Made by a program: the position numbers and the translations under genes. Positions 27,934-41,016 of a DNA stretch of 64,000 nt are shown here, in pieces. Within the stretch, counting starts at the first letter, position 1; each line of letters begins with the position of its first letter. The notes below the pieces were generated by a model, which did not search any database, was not told where the DNA came from, and saw only the letters and a list, made by a program, of their open reading frames with translations. Source of the stretch: Paraspadella gotoi (lineage: Eukaryota; Animalia; Chaetognatha); NCBI GenBank assembly GCA_051294375.1, contig CM119265.1, forward strand, positions 8,874,772 through 8,938,771. The letters run 5' to 3'.

Positions 27934-28180
27934 CTTGGTCACTCGTCAAAATATCACGCCTCTTCAACTCTCTGCAGTCGAGACGCGAGAAGTGGGCGTG
28001 GCAGCAAATATCCCTTCGCTCGATCTTAATCTTCTAATTTGCGTCGATCTCTAATGGATTTCACCTTTCGTTCGCGATGCTCTTTTTTTTTCCTTCGACT
28101 CGCGCGCCGGCTGGTTTTTGCCTGACGCTCTCATCATTACCGCATGAGAAGGCGAGGCGAAAGATGCGAGACCTTTCAAC
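27934..28180 (-). other. Candidate internal exon
   Basis: Bounded by TTTTAG| acceptor and CAAG|GTGAG donor on the minus strand. No frame is fully open (error-prone sequence). Confidence 0.25.
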
Positions 28181-28195
28181 CTAAAATGTAGACCG

Positions 28196-28200
<5 letters not shown>

Positions 28201-28277
<77 letters not shown>
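28201..28277. repeat. (CT)n microsatellite
   Basis: Directly visible. Confidence 0.95.
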
Positions 28278-28280
<3 letters not shown>

Positions 28281-28857
28281 ATATGTTCATTTCCCGATAT
28301 AGTTCATTACATTCATAGCTGAAATTAAAAATTATTCAAAAATCGCTAAATTATTATCGTTTCTGACTCGTAATTAATATTCTTTAAGTAAAGAAACGAA
28401 TATGTTTTTAATAATGTACAAGTAATTTTCTTTAGAGAGAGAGAAAGAGAGAGAGAGAGTCATTAACAGCGCTCACTTATGTATTNNNNNNNNNNNNNNN
28501 NNNNNNNNNNNNNNNNNNNNNNNNNNNNNNNNNNNNNNNNNNNNNNNNNNNNNNNNNNNNNNNNNNNNNNNNNNNNNNNNNNNNNNNNNNNNNNNNNNNN
28601 NNNNNNNNNNNNNNNNNNNNNNNNNNNNNNNNNNNNNNNNNNNNNNNNNNNNNNNNNNNNNNNNNNNNNNNNNNNNNNNNNNNNNNNNNNNNNNNNNNNN
28701 NNNNNNNNNNNNNNNNNNNNNNNNNNNNNNNNNNNNNNNNNNNNNNNNNNNNNNNNNNNNNNNNNNNNNNNNNNNNNNNNNNNNNNNNNNNNNNNNNNNN
28801 NNNNNNNNNNNNNNNNNNATTAATATATATCCGTCTCGTTATTAAGATATAATTTCT
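28278..28857 (+). repeat. Further gapped partial copy of block B (~19211-19460 and ~19613-19660)
   Basis: cattcatagctgaaattaaaa...cgctaaattattatcgtttctg and attaatatatatccgtctcgttattaagatataatttctt match block B. Confidence 0.8.
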
Positions 28858-31800
28858 TGGACGAAATTATTCCGGCGAAATATGCAAACGCTGAGTTTGT
28901 AATTGAATGCTAACGCCATTTACGAGAATTTCTTTTCTTTTCGTGAGTCGCTTTAGCCTTTTTATTGAAGGATTTTCTCCGGTCGCTGTTGTTTCGTCTA
29001 ATTGTTGAGCTCTAAAGAGCGAAATAAATTACGTTATTTATTAAACATGTAATTTAAGGCTGTTATGTATTTTTAATATTATATTCATTTTTTGACTAAC
29101 ATTTCTTCTTTTTTTCGTCTCTCTATTTTCCGCTGCCCCTCATATTCTCCGTCGGATTTATCGTCTTAGGTAAGAAGAAATTTCGTCGTCATCGTCGTCG
29201 TTCGCTTTATTGTCGTTGTATTCGTCATCGTCATNNNNNNNNNNNNNNNNNNNNNNNNNNNNNNNNNNNNNNNNNNNNNNNNNNNNNNNNNNNNNNNNNN
29301 NNNNNNNNNNNNNNNNNNNNNNNNNNNNNNNNNNNNNNNNNNNNNNNNNNNNNNNNNNNNNNNNNNNNNNNNNNNNNNNNNNNNNNNNNNNNNNNNNNNN
29401 NNNNNNNNNNNNNNNNNNNNNNNNNNNNNNNNNNNNNNNNNNNNNNNNNNCTCTTTGGTCAAATATGCTAAACGATTTTCCACACGCGAAATGAAAGGAG
29501 AAGAGGAGAGTGCGTTCCTCGAAAGCTTTAAAAAAACTAGAACGAGCCCTTTTTCAACCTTACCCTATCGAAACCGGCCTTACCCTGTCAATCTTACTCC
29601 TTTCTCTCAACTACTTCTTCTCATCCTTACCCCTCTCTCTCTCCCATGAGCGCCGCCCCCTCCCCCAGCTTTCCCCCGATTCCCTTCGGCCCATCAAAGA
29701 ATCTTTTATCATTCGCGACGGTTTCTTAGTCGACTATTTTTAGATTTTTATTCAGCAAAACTTTTAGGNNNNNNNNNNNNNNNNNNNNNNNNNNNNNNNN
29801 NNNNNNNNNNNNNNNNNNNNNNNNNNNNNNNNNNNNNNNNNNNNNNNNNNNNNNNNNNNNNNNNNNNNNNNNNNNNNNNNNNNNNNNNNNNNNNNNNNNN
29901 NNNNNNNNNNNNNNNNNNNNNNNNNNNNNNNNNNNNNNGGGGGATAAGGAAGAGGAAAACTGTTGTGAGATTCCTTGTTGAGAAATGTTTCCATTTTTTT
30001 GTTTCAGTCTTTGCATTGAGCAATGAGCAATGAGCAATGAGCACGAGAATTCCTCTCTGCTTCTTTTTTTCCCCTTTCTGCTCCCAACGTTGGCCTCTGC
30101 TTGTATCAACACGACTGCTCATGCATTACTACATATTCTCCTACCCTAATTACAATAACTTAAATCTTTGACAAGATCACTTACCTTGTTTTCTTTTCTG
30201 GGACTGAAAAGATAGAAATATATATGTATATATATATATAGAGAGAGAGAGAGTCTGAAACCGAGAACGCTTGCGAGAACAATGCATTCGATTGTATTCG
30301 GAACGTACAATACGGTGTTCAGGTGCCTTGTCACAATGTAAACAAACTGTCATGTTTTCCATCTGTAATTGTCCATTTTAGAGAGAAATTAATCATCGTT
30401 TATTAGTCGTATTTGTATCGATGAAATCTTACTTTTGTTATGTTAGTTTTATCTGGGAGAGTTCCTCCTTGTCAGGTAAGTTCGCTCTCTGGACAAATCA
30501 GTTCTCGTTTTTAAGGAGACGAATTTTAATAAATTCGCGTCTTTTAATAAAAAGTTTGGAGAAAATGAATATCCTACTTTTCATATCATCGCACTAACGA
30601 GAAATTAATGCGTTTATGGCCAAAGAGAGAGAAATTATAAAATGGCCNNNNNNNNNNNNNNNNNNNNNNNNNNNNNNNNNNNNNNNNNNNNNNNNNNNNN
30701 NNNNNNNNNNNNNNNNNNNNNNNNNNNNNNNNNNNNNNNNNNNNNNNNNNNNNNNNNNNNNNNNNNNNNNNNNNNNNNNNNNNNNNNNNNNNNNNNNNNN
30801 NNNNNNNNNNNNNNNNNNNNNNNNNNNNNNNNNNNNNNNTTTTTTTTCACTGCAGCTTCACAAAAAAATAAATCGAGATTTCGGTTCACAATCAAACGAA
30901 TTTTCTTTTTCTTTTTCTCTCTCTCTCTGAAGAAGCCATAATTACTCTCTAGTGGCTTACAAAAAGAAGCTGAGANNNNNNNNNNNNNNNNNNNNNNNNN
31001 NNNNNNNNNNNNNNNNNNNNNNNNNNNNNNNNNNNNNNNNNNNNNNNNNNNNNNNNNNNNNNNNNNNNNNNNNNNNNNNNNNNNNNNNNNNNNNNNNNNN
31101 NNNNNNNNNNNNNNNNNNNNNNNNNNNNNNNNNNNNNNNNNNNNNNNNNNNNNNNNNNNNNNNNNNNNNNNNNNNNNNNNNNNNNNNNNNNNNNNNNNNN
31201 NNNNNNNNNNNNNNNNNNNNNNNNNNNNNNNNNNNNNNNNNNNNNNNNNNNNNNNNNNNNNNNNNNNNNNNNNNNNNNNNNNNNNNNNNNNNNNNNNNNN
31301 NNNNNNNNNNNNNNNNNNNNNNNNNNNNNNNNNNNNNNNNNNNNNNNNNNNNNNNNNNNNNNNNNNNNNNNNNNNNNNNNNNNNNNNNNNNNNNNNNNNN
31401 NNNNNNNNNNNNNNNNNNNNNNNNNNNNNNNNNNNNNNNNNNNNNNNNNNNNNNNNNNNNNNNNNNNNNNNNNNNNNNNNNNNNNNNNNNNNNNNNNNNN
31501 NNNNNNNNNNNNNNNNNNNNNNNNNNNNNNNNNNNNNNNNNNNNNNNNNNNNNNNNNNNNNNNNNNNNNNNNNNNNNNNNNNNNNNNNNNNNNNNNNNNN
31601 NNNNAAAAAAAGACGAAAGAACAAAAACTCAATTTACATTTTTATTTTAGAATTTTCGGTGATCGATGTTTTCTTTGCCCGAAGAATTTTTATTTTAACT
31701 CACGGCGAATTTTAAGTTTAACTCACGGCGAATTTTAAGTTCCGCAATTGTTCGACTAGCGGCGAATTCATCTTGCGGCGATTTTGACTCTTATTACGCG

Positions 31801-32881
31801 ACTGATTATCCTGTATCACGACGACCTCTCACTCCAAACTTCACATTTCACAATTACCCTTTCACAATGACCCTTTTTCATAACTTTTCTATTATTTCTG
31901 TGCAACGTTTCTTTCTTTCTATCTCTTTCTATTTCCATCCCCGTTCTCTAATTTCCTTCCCCCATCCACCCATTTTTCTCTCTCTCCTCTCCCTAATTTT
32001 CCCCGCCATTTCCTTCCCCTTTTTATTTCGGCCTCTCTTTTCTCTTTTTTCTACTTTCCTCTCTTTTCACCTTTCCTTTCTTTTTATTTCAACCTCTCTT
32101 TTCTACTTTCCTCTCTTTTAACCTTTCCTTCCTTTTTATTTCGTTCTCTCTTTTTTCTCTTTTCTACTTTCATCTCTTTTCCCTATTTCCTTTCTTTTTA
32201 TTTCGGCCTCTCTTTTTTCTCTTTTCTCCTTTCCTCTCTTTTCACCTTTCCCTCCTTTTTGTCCCCGCGGGCCAAACTCCCTGCTGTTCGACCGTCTCGC
32301 ATTCATGAGGCCGAATCATAACCGNNNNNNNNNNNNNNNNNNNNNNNNNNNNNNNNNNNNNNNNNNNNNNNNNNNNNNNNNNNNNNNNNNNNNNNNNNNN
32401 NNNNNNNNNNNNNNNNNNNNNNNNNNNNNNNNNNNNNNNNNNNNNNNNNNNNNNNNNNNNNNNNNNNNNNNNNNNNNNNNNNCTGCTGTTCGAGCGTCTC
32501 GCATTCATGAGGCCGAATCATAACCGAATCCGGAGGGGGTCGTCGACTTAGCGGAGGCGGGGGGGAGGTGGTCTTGAGAGAGGGTTGCGAGGAGGGGGGG
32601 CAGATCCTATGGGGTCGATTATGGGAGCGATTTAGAAGTAGAAGATCATAAGAACCGTGAAGATTTTCCGGTGGTGAGAGAATTGAGCCGAATCGATGCG
32701 TGTACGTTTCACAAAATTATTTTCGATTGGGGCTTGTATATTGTACAATGTATGTATGTATAATCTTTGTCGGGTCATATAAAAAAGGGAAAAAAGAAGA
32801 AGGGAAAACAGGGCATAGCTGACAAAACAGACAAGCCAGGACAAAAAAATTGAATAAAAAACCTTTAAATTAAAATAGTAA

Positions 32882-32882
32882 T

Positions 32883-32978
<96 letters not shown>
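32882..32978. repeat. (AAT)n microsatellite
   Basis: Directly visible. Confidence 0.95.
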
Positions 32979-33725
32979 CAAAAACTCAAAATGAAAAAAA
33001 GAACATATCTTGGGCTCCTAGGAGACCAGAGGCGATTGTTTTCAACGCCGGATGCCGCATTCATCCAACGCCGTCGCCGGCAGCTGCTATTGGGTGACGA
33101 GCGGCGCCGCCCCGTGAAAACGCCGCCTCGAGGGTTCGCGTGGCGAACGCGCGCTTCTCCTCTGCCTTGGGCGTCGGCGGCGGCAATCGACAAGCGGCGG
33201 CGGGCTGCGGGCCGTCCGGCAGCGGCCGGCGTCGGAAGTCCAGACTGAGACTCGCCTTCTCTGGTTCATCGCGTCGCCGAAAGCCATACGACCGACGACA
33301 GGCGGCGCTGACCAAATTCGGTAAACTCAAACACAAACAACAACAAAAAAAGAACAATGAATGGAGAGAGAGAAAGAGAGAATAAGAAAGAAAAAAGATA
33401 AAAAAAAGGGAAAAAAGAAATGAATGGAAGGCGCGCGAGACCGTGAAATGGACAAAAAAGGGAAAAGAAAAGGAGCGAAAGGAAATTAATCAAACCGATA
33501 AGAAAAGGAGAAAAAGAAAGGGGAGGGGGTTAAGGGAAAGGGTGGGAGGCGAGAGAGGGAAATGAAAAAAAAAAACCGACAAAAAAAACTGTTATCTTCT
33601 TTTCTTCTGCGACGCTTCTCTTTCATGTTCGTCTCTTTCTCATTTCTTGATTTTGTAGACGATGACGATGATGACGATGAACGCGACGAGGACATCTCTT
33701 CCACAACCGAACCGAGCCCGGTTTC

Positions 33726-33942
33726 TTTTTAGTTACGCCGCGAGTACTCGCGGAGAAACTCTATAAGTCACTTTTCGGTCGGTCGGTCCGTCGGTATGTC
33801 TGTCCATCGATCTGTCCCACTTACGTTAAAGACGCTTATAACTTGCCTATAGTTTGTTGCTCATTTGTTTTTAAAGAAATAAGTAAATAAGTAAAAAGAA
33901 AAGTACTGCGGCGCAATACCTTGGAATAACCGTTCCTTGTTT
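33726..33942 (+). mobile_element. HINE / DINE-1-like non-autonomous Helentron element, complete short copy
   Basis: 5' TTTTTAGTTACGCCGCGAGTACTCGCGG (palindromic), then TATAAGTCACTTTTCGGTCGGTCGGTCCGTCGG microsatellite. 3' GTACTGCGGCGCAA is inverted relative to the 5' motif, followed by a small GGAA..TTCC hairpin and terminal CTTGTT in a T-rich site. Confidence 0.72.
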
Positions 33943-34491
33943 TAACTAAATTTTGTCGAAGTTGCTTTCTTTGCTTGTTCCGATTAGAGATCTTCGGTTA
34001 GGTTTTTTTGGTATATTTATTAGTCATTAACTCATTATGCTATCCTCCTTGTCCTTTGTTTTCCACATTCTCTCTCTTCTTCTCCTATTTTTTTCCAAAC
34101 ATCAATTTAATTATTCCACTTTTCTTTCTTTTCCCTTTTCTCTCTTTTTCTTATTTTCTTTCCTTTTTTTTCTCTTTTAACTTTCGAAATGAACGTTATT
34201 AAAGAAAAGGACTTCGCTCGAAAATTGAATAACTAATTGCTAATCAAAGAGACAAAAAAAAATATTCGAAAACAAAAATATTATATGTAAACAAATATGT
34301 AATATTATAACATAAAAATATATAAAGTATTATAAACAATTATGTATGTACAGAAGTAAGTTAAGAAAAAGACGAGACGATGACATTGACAACGACGAGA
34401 ACAACAACAACGACAACGTCGGTGAAGAAAAACCGGTGACGCACTCGGCGACATCACGTGATCAGCGCTTCTGGCGGACGAACAGAAAGCG

Positions 34492-34609
<118 letters not shown>

Positions 34610-36119
34610 CTTATCGGTTTCGATCGCAGACAGTCTTTTGTTTTCGACTTCACTTTCTCCTTATCTCATTTTTTTTGTTCGGTCGTTTTGTTCTTTTGTT
34701 CTTTTGTTCGCAGAAGTTTCGTTGTTTTTCTGGTCTTTTTTTTCGCTTGTTTGTCTGTTCGAATCTCATTTGTCTCTTATCTCCAATTATTATTCCTTTT
34801 CTCACACTTGCCACATCTGTGATATTATCTACGTTTTCGGCTTTCAATTATGATTATTTTCATTTACTCTTGTTGTTTGACGTGTTTATTAACGATTCAT
34901 ATTCTTTTTAAATCAATATTTGTTTATTGTTGATAAGAAAGAGAAAATTAAAAAACCTACAAACAAATTTGTTTTAATGTCGTACATAAACAACATTGAA
35001 TTTATTATCTTTCTTACCAAATTAAACAAGACAAACTCAATACCATGATTGTCACAGAAGCGAAAGCAACGTAGGAACTTAGTATCTATTCTCCAAATGG
35101 CGCGCCCTATTGCCGACCCGCGGTGCCAAGCCCGGACCGCAGAACGAGTTCGGCCGAGGTTCCAACTAACGGTTGACTCCAGCTCCGACCCTAACAACAA
35201 CATCAACAACAACATCCAGCTTCTCGCGTGTCGCGCTTTTCACAGCGAAAATGTGAGATGAAATGGAGCACAAACGGGGGACGACGACGNNNNNNNNNNN
35301 NNNNNNNNNNNNNNNNNNNNNNNNNNNNNNNNNNNNNNNNNNNNNNNNNNNNNNNNNNNNNNNNNNNNNNNNNNNNNNNNNNNNNNNNNNNNNNNNNNNN
35401 NNNNNNNNNNNNNNNNNNNNNNNNNNNNNNNNNNNNNNNNNNNNNNNNNNNNNNNNNNNNNNNNNNNNNNNNNNNNNNNNNNNNNNNNNNNNNNNNNNNN
35501 NNNNNNNNNNNNNNNNNNNNNNNNNNNNNNNNNNNNNNNNNNNNNNNGCGGGATGATGGTGAGTCAGGACGGACGGGTGTGATGTTGAATAGTGGGGTGA
35601 GAACTGAGGACTAAGTTTCAATATGCAAAGATGCGTGGGTGAAATGACTGCGATGGAAATGTTTAGTCTTNNNNNNNNNNNNNNNNNNNNNNNNNNNNNN
35701 NNNNNNNNNNNNNNNNNNNNNNNNNNNNNNNNNNNNNNNNNNNNNNNNNNNNNNNNNNNNNNNNNNNNNNNNNNNNNNNNNNNNNNNNNNNNNNNNNNNN
35801 NNNNNNNNNNNNNNNNNNNNNNNNNNNNNNNNNNNNNNNNNNNNNNNNNNNNNNNNNNNNNNNNNNNNNNNNNNNNNNNNNNNNNNNNNNNNNNNNNNNN
35901 NNNNNNNNNNNNNNNNNNNNNNNNNNNNNNNNNNNNNNNNNNNNNNNNNNNNNNNNNNNNNNNNNNNNNNNNNNNNNNNNNNNNNNNNNNNNNNNNNNNN
36001 NNNNNNNNNNNNNNNNNNNNNNNNNNNNNAAAAAAAAAGAGAAAAAGTTTGGCACCCAATCACTTTTCTTTTCTTTCCTTTTCTTTCTTTGTTCCTCCTT
36101 TTTTCTTTCCTCTTTTCCT

Positions 36120-36452
36120 TCCCGACACCCGACCGCCAGTGTTCACCGCGTGGCCGGATCACGGGCTTCACAGCCTCGGCCCCCGCGCGCCCGCCCCGCG
36201 CGCCCGCTTTGCAGCCCGCCGGGCACGTGCCGCGGGCATCTGTCACCGTCGTTCGTCGATGTTTGAGGCGACGATGAAGACGACGATGAGGACGACGACG
36301 ACGACAAAACGACGACGAGAACGAAGACGACGACCGAATCGAAATTCGAGCAACGACGTTTTTTCGGCTTCTCTCGTCCAATCGGGAGACGATGGCGATG
36401 AAACGTGGGCCAATCAGAGCGCGAGACTCGGATTCGCGACGACGTCAATCGG
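36120..36452. promoter_or_regulatory. GC/CpG-rich patch with tandem CCAAT boxes (promoter-like)
   Basis: CCAATC at 36378 and 36410 (32 bp apart) and a degenerate TCAATC at ~36445, next to a CpG-dense tract. Confidence 0.3.
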
Positions 36453-37070
36453 TGAATTTCTATTTTACCGTCGAAAGGGGAAAAAAAGGAATTTTTTTTC
36501 GTTTACTTTTCTTTTTTCTATTTTTTTTTTAATTTATAAAAAAACATTCTGTACGTCGGTTTTGTTGTTAGTTGATTTTCAGGTTTAATCTGAATTCCTC
36601 ATCGTTCTGGTTTTTTTTCCCGCCTTTTTCGTAAAAACTGTCGTTATTTTTCTTTGTTGTCGTCGTCATTGTCGTCGTTGTCGTCGTCGCGGTTTGAGAA
36701 ATGTTTTTTTTTTGTCGGCGAGGTCGCCGAGGGATTCGATTTGAAGAATCCGATTTCCCGGAAGCTAATCTTGTCGGGAAAATTTTGCCGGGAGACTGTT
36801 TGGAATTTGGACGAAGCAAAGACGGACGGATGGACGAAGAAGGAAGCAGACGGACGTTAACTCCGTTCCTTGGATAAATCGCAACTTATTGAAAGACTAG
36901 TACTACGAAGATTGAGCTTTGCTATAGTCTATACTACTTAGTAAGTAGTATTTACTTACTAAGTAGTACTTAGCTAATTTTCTTAACAGCAACGTCGTCA
37001 ATTTTTTCCAAAGCGCGAAAATAAATTTCCGACTTGAGAAACCCCNNNNNNNNNNNNNNNNNNNNNNNNN

Positions 37071-38027
37071 CCGGGCTCTAAATCGCGTGCAGCACGCGCA
37101 ATGGCGATTGAAACGATGGCCCAAATCCAGACGACGCGAGACTCGCCCTCCCCTTCAGCAGGCGATTCGCCGACAGACAGAGCGTCAATCGGTGATCTGA
37201 CGGACCATAAATAACCCCCGAGCAGCACATTTTCTATATTTTTACCCGTCGAAAGCGGCGGACAAAAAAGGAATTTTTTTTTTTCGTTTTACTCTTTCTT
37301 TTTTCTAAAATTTTTTTTTTTTTAATTTATAAAAAAACATTCTGTACGTCGCGTTTTTTGCTTGTTTAAGGTTCGATTTTCATCGGCGATTTAATCTTAA
37401 TTCCTCATAACGGTTCTGCCGTTTTTTCTTCCCGCCTTTTTCCCGTTGTTAAAAAAAAATCTGCGTCCATGTTCAATCTTTTCTATTGTAGTCGTCGTCT
37501 AATCTGTACTCAGTCGCTTAACTTGTTCGGTCAACGTCGCGCGCCGGTTTGTCTTGAGAAAATCGTTATTTTTTTTGTCTGTCGAGCGAAAGGGTCGCCG
37601 CAGACGGATTCGATTGTTGCGAAAAGAATCGACTTTACCGGAGGATAAGCTACATCTCCTGTCCGGGAAAATCTTTCTGCCGACGAGACACTGTTTGCTG
37701 AGAATTTAGCGAAACCGACAGCAAAAGCACGGACGGAGACATAGCAACAATGCGCACGAAGAAGCGAAGCAGACGGACGGTTAAACTCGTTTCTTCGCGA
37801 CAGAATTCCGCAACCTTATAGAAAGACCTCTAACTTACTAAACGAACAAGCATATGAGCTTTGCGTATAGCCATATACATACTCTACTAAGCTAGTATTA
37901 TGTACTCCTCACAATAAGTACAGTACTTAGCTAATTCTTTACTAAAACACGGCAACGCTCAATATTCTTACCAAAGCCTGCCGAAAAATTAAAATACCTA
38001 AATAAATTTCCGACTCGGAGAAAACCC
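37071..38027 (+). repeat. Insertion-rich noisy duplicate of ~36380-37045 after a 25-N gap
   Basis: Colinear anchors (aatttataaaaaaacattctgtacgtcg; gtacttagctaatt; aataaatttccgact) with many inserted bases. Confidence 0.85.
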
Positions 38028-40254
38028 AACCTAGGCTTATGAAAAGAACCTATGGCCTCAACTTTATCACCGAGCAGACGCACTAGATAAAATACACGAA
38101 GGGCCGGTACCTCGATTCTATACATTAATGAAATAAAAAAAACCTCTTGTCGTGCACAACAACCTGATAAAACTTGATAACTTTTTTAATTCATTCGAGG
38201 CATCAAAAAGTCAAAAACGCGATGTTTGGGTTCAGGCTGCTTTTTTTTTTTCTCTTTCGATTTCAAGACGGAAACAGAAACACAAAAATCTTTCCCCAGT
38301 CCCTCCCCGCCGAGGTTTCTTTTTCGTCTTTTCGTCGCACTTTACAATCCACCGATTGAATGCTTTGCTTCGGTGTTTGTTTTGCTGGAGTTCTCGTTTG
38401 TCTATTTAGTATCAGTTCCCCTTTTTTTTCTGAAATTTTCAGGCCTTTTTGGCCCAGCGGCGTTCAATCTCCCAATGCCTTTTTTTTTCTGGTCGAAACC
38501 GGTTTCCTGTGCCTTTTGGCTTCATTTTCCAACCACCCCATATACACCCACCATCCTAAGCACACTCAAAACCCCTCCACCAACCCCTTCAACCCTCCAC
38601 CAACCACCCCTTCCACCTCCGCACCTTCAACCCGATCCCGAGATCAGCTTCTCCCATATTCACGTGTCCGAATAGCCCCGATTTCCTTCCGCCGGCCGCG
38701 ACTGACGCGATCGAGCGAGGACCCGAGCTGTTTATGTCTGGAGGGCGCGACGGAGCCGGGGACGGCCGGCGGGAGCGGACGCGTGCCCATGCGGAAAGGC
38801 GCAGGGCCCACGGGCGCAGGTGGCAGTTCAGGAGATGGAAAGGCGACCGCAGAAGGGTAACGGTAGGAGGGGATGTGCCGGCGCGGCATGGCGATATTAG
38901 CAGCAGCGAGATTCTTTCGCCTCGAAAGAAACCCGACCTCCATGCGGTTATGGCCAAGGATGTGTTCATTTGGAGGGAAAAAAAGAGACCATGGCTTCGA
39001 ATTAGACGAATGGGGAGTGCTCGGTGGCGCAGTGCAGGCGGGCCTCGGTGAGGGAGTGCGCAGGCGCGAAGCGGAGGCGGAGGCGCCGGAAGCGGAGGCG
39101 GCAGGCGGAAGCGGCCAGAAGCGGACGGCGCGACGGAAGGAGCTTTTGAAGAAAAAATACGCAAAAAAAATATAGAAAGAACACAGAGACTTTGTCTGAT
39201 CGAAGAAGGACAAATCTTTGTCTTATTTCTTTACTATCCTTCGCAGTCGTCGGATTAGATTTTTAATTATTTTAATTTAAAGAAGTCCGTTCCAGGGTTG
39301 CCCTGCATTCATACTTAATTTACTTTATTATATAAAACAAAGAAATGGCATTTTATCAGAATCAAAATAAATTGTCTTTGCCAAAAAGGACAGCACGATC
39401 GCTTTCGGACGAATCGTTCGTTACGCTTCAACACTTGTTTAACCAAAACGTATATTTCGTCATCTCGGCCTCTTTCATTACTTCGCAACATCGTTACTTT
39501 CCTTTACTCTCGAAGCTTGCTCAAATCTTCCGCCTAATTCTATCTTTTCATATTTTCTGCTACTTTGCTCAAAAAATGCCGCAGCTTCAGTCATCTTACC
39601 GTAAATTCTTGCGGAAAAGGCGTTACCCGATTGGTTTATCGTACTCCGGCTTCGAGCGTTAAGTTGAGTCGCAGAATTAAGATTGAACAAGGGGAGCGCG
39701 GCAAGGAGAGAACAAAGGTTAAGGGGTCGGACCACCGCCGCTGACCCTGCAGCGGGCACTGTCTGCGGGATGCCGTTATAATTTGACGCGCTCGGCGTTC
39801 GACGCCGATATATCCCGACCAGTATTTTTTGGCGGGTTTGTACGTTTTATTCGGGCGTGAAAAAGTTCGATGGGGAGAGAGAGAGAGAGAGGCCAGACGA
39901 GCAGAGTACGAAGTAAGAGAGAGAGGAAGAAAGCAGAGCGGAAGACGAGAAGAGACGAGAATAAGAGCAGATAGTGAGAGAGAGTAGAGAGAGAGAACGA
40001 GATATAGAGGGTGGCGAGACGTAAATTACTATCCGCCGCCCAGTCGATCCGGTCATTCTTTCATGATCTCCAGTGTCCAGGCACAGCCCGACGTACGGCG
40101 ACGGCGACGGCGCGACGGCTTTACGGCGGACGGCGAGTGCCGGCAGCTAATCTATGCGGGCCGTAAAGCGGGGTTTCTGCTTTGCGTATCGACGAAGGCT
40201 GAAAACGTTTTTTTGTCGCCAGCCGCTTCCGTCGTCATGGCCAACAGGGAACGC

Positions 40255-40345
40255 GAAGGCCAGGAAGTGACGTCATAGAGAAAGGAACTACATAACGTCG
40301 GCGTTAAAAAACGTCGACACAATTTCCTATTGGGTTGGCGGAAAC
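40255..40345. promoter_or_regulatory. ETS-CRE composite motif in a CpG-rich patch
   Basis: CAGGAAGTGACGTCA at 40261-40275 (GGAAGT overlapping a perfect TGACGTCA), with ATTGG near 40329. Confidence 0.3.
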
Positions 40346-40395
40346 TTAAAAAAAGGGCGCGGAGACGGGAGCAAGAGAGACAGAGAGAGCGAGAG

Positions 40396-40432
<37 letters not shown>

Positions 40433-40959
40433 TTCGCCAAGTATGTTGCAAAAAATTGCCGGCCGAGAGATATAGGCGATGGGGAGAGAACTGTGCTGAG
40501 ACAGAAAAGGATAAATTAAAGGCGACACAAAGATGGAGCGACAGAAAGTGAAAGAGAACGATTGAAAGAAAAGAAAGAAAATAAAGGCCTTATTCTTTCC
40601 CTTTGTTTCTGTTCAGACTTTCGAGTTTTCGGTGTTCACTTTTTTCCTTTCCTCCGTTTCGTTTTTTTTTCTTTCTTTTTTCTTCCTCCGTATATTTTTT
40701 TTCCTCTCCAGTTCTTCTCGCTGTAATTTCTATACTTTCTTTCCTCCTTTTATTTCCCTTTTTTTTTTGCTTTGGCTTTTTAGAAAATTACTTTCTCTTT
40801 CTGCAGCAGAAAGGAGGGGAAAGGTGAAAGCAAAGAGTGAAAGAGAGTGGGAGGGAGAGGGGGGGAGGGAGAGAGAGGAAATTGAGAGAGAGATGACAGA
40901 GAAGGCCTGATCTTTCGCTTTCTAGACGATGTCATGGATGTGATTCTTATCGCTATTTA

Positions 40960-41016
40960 ATGCCAGTTCCGATGCCAGTTCCGATGCCAGTTCTGATGCC
41001 AGTTCCGATGCCAGTT
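40960..41016. repeat. 12-bp tandem repeat (GATGCCAGTTCC), ~5 units
   Basis: Directly visible; one unit has a C>T change. Confidence 0.9.

Noticed and set aside
31697-31741. 23-bp tandem duplication aactcacggcgaattttaagtt
   Set aside because: An ordinary two-copy slippage duplication.
32281-32526. ~44-bp direct repeat (ctgctgttcga.cgtctcgcattcatgaggccgaatcataaccg) as a TSD or att site
   Set aside because: The copies sit immediately either side of an N-gap, so this is a contig-end overlap or a collapsed tandem repeat.
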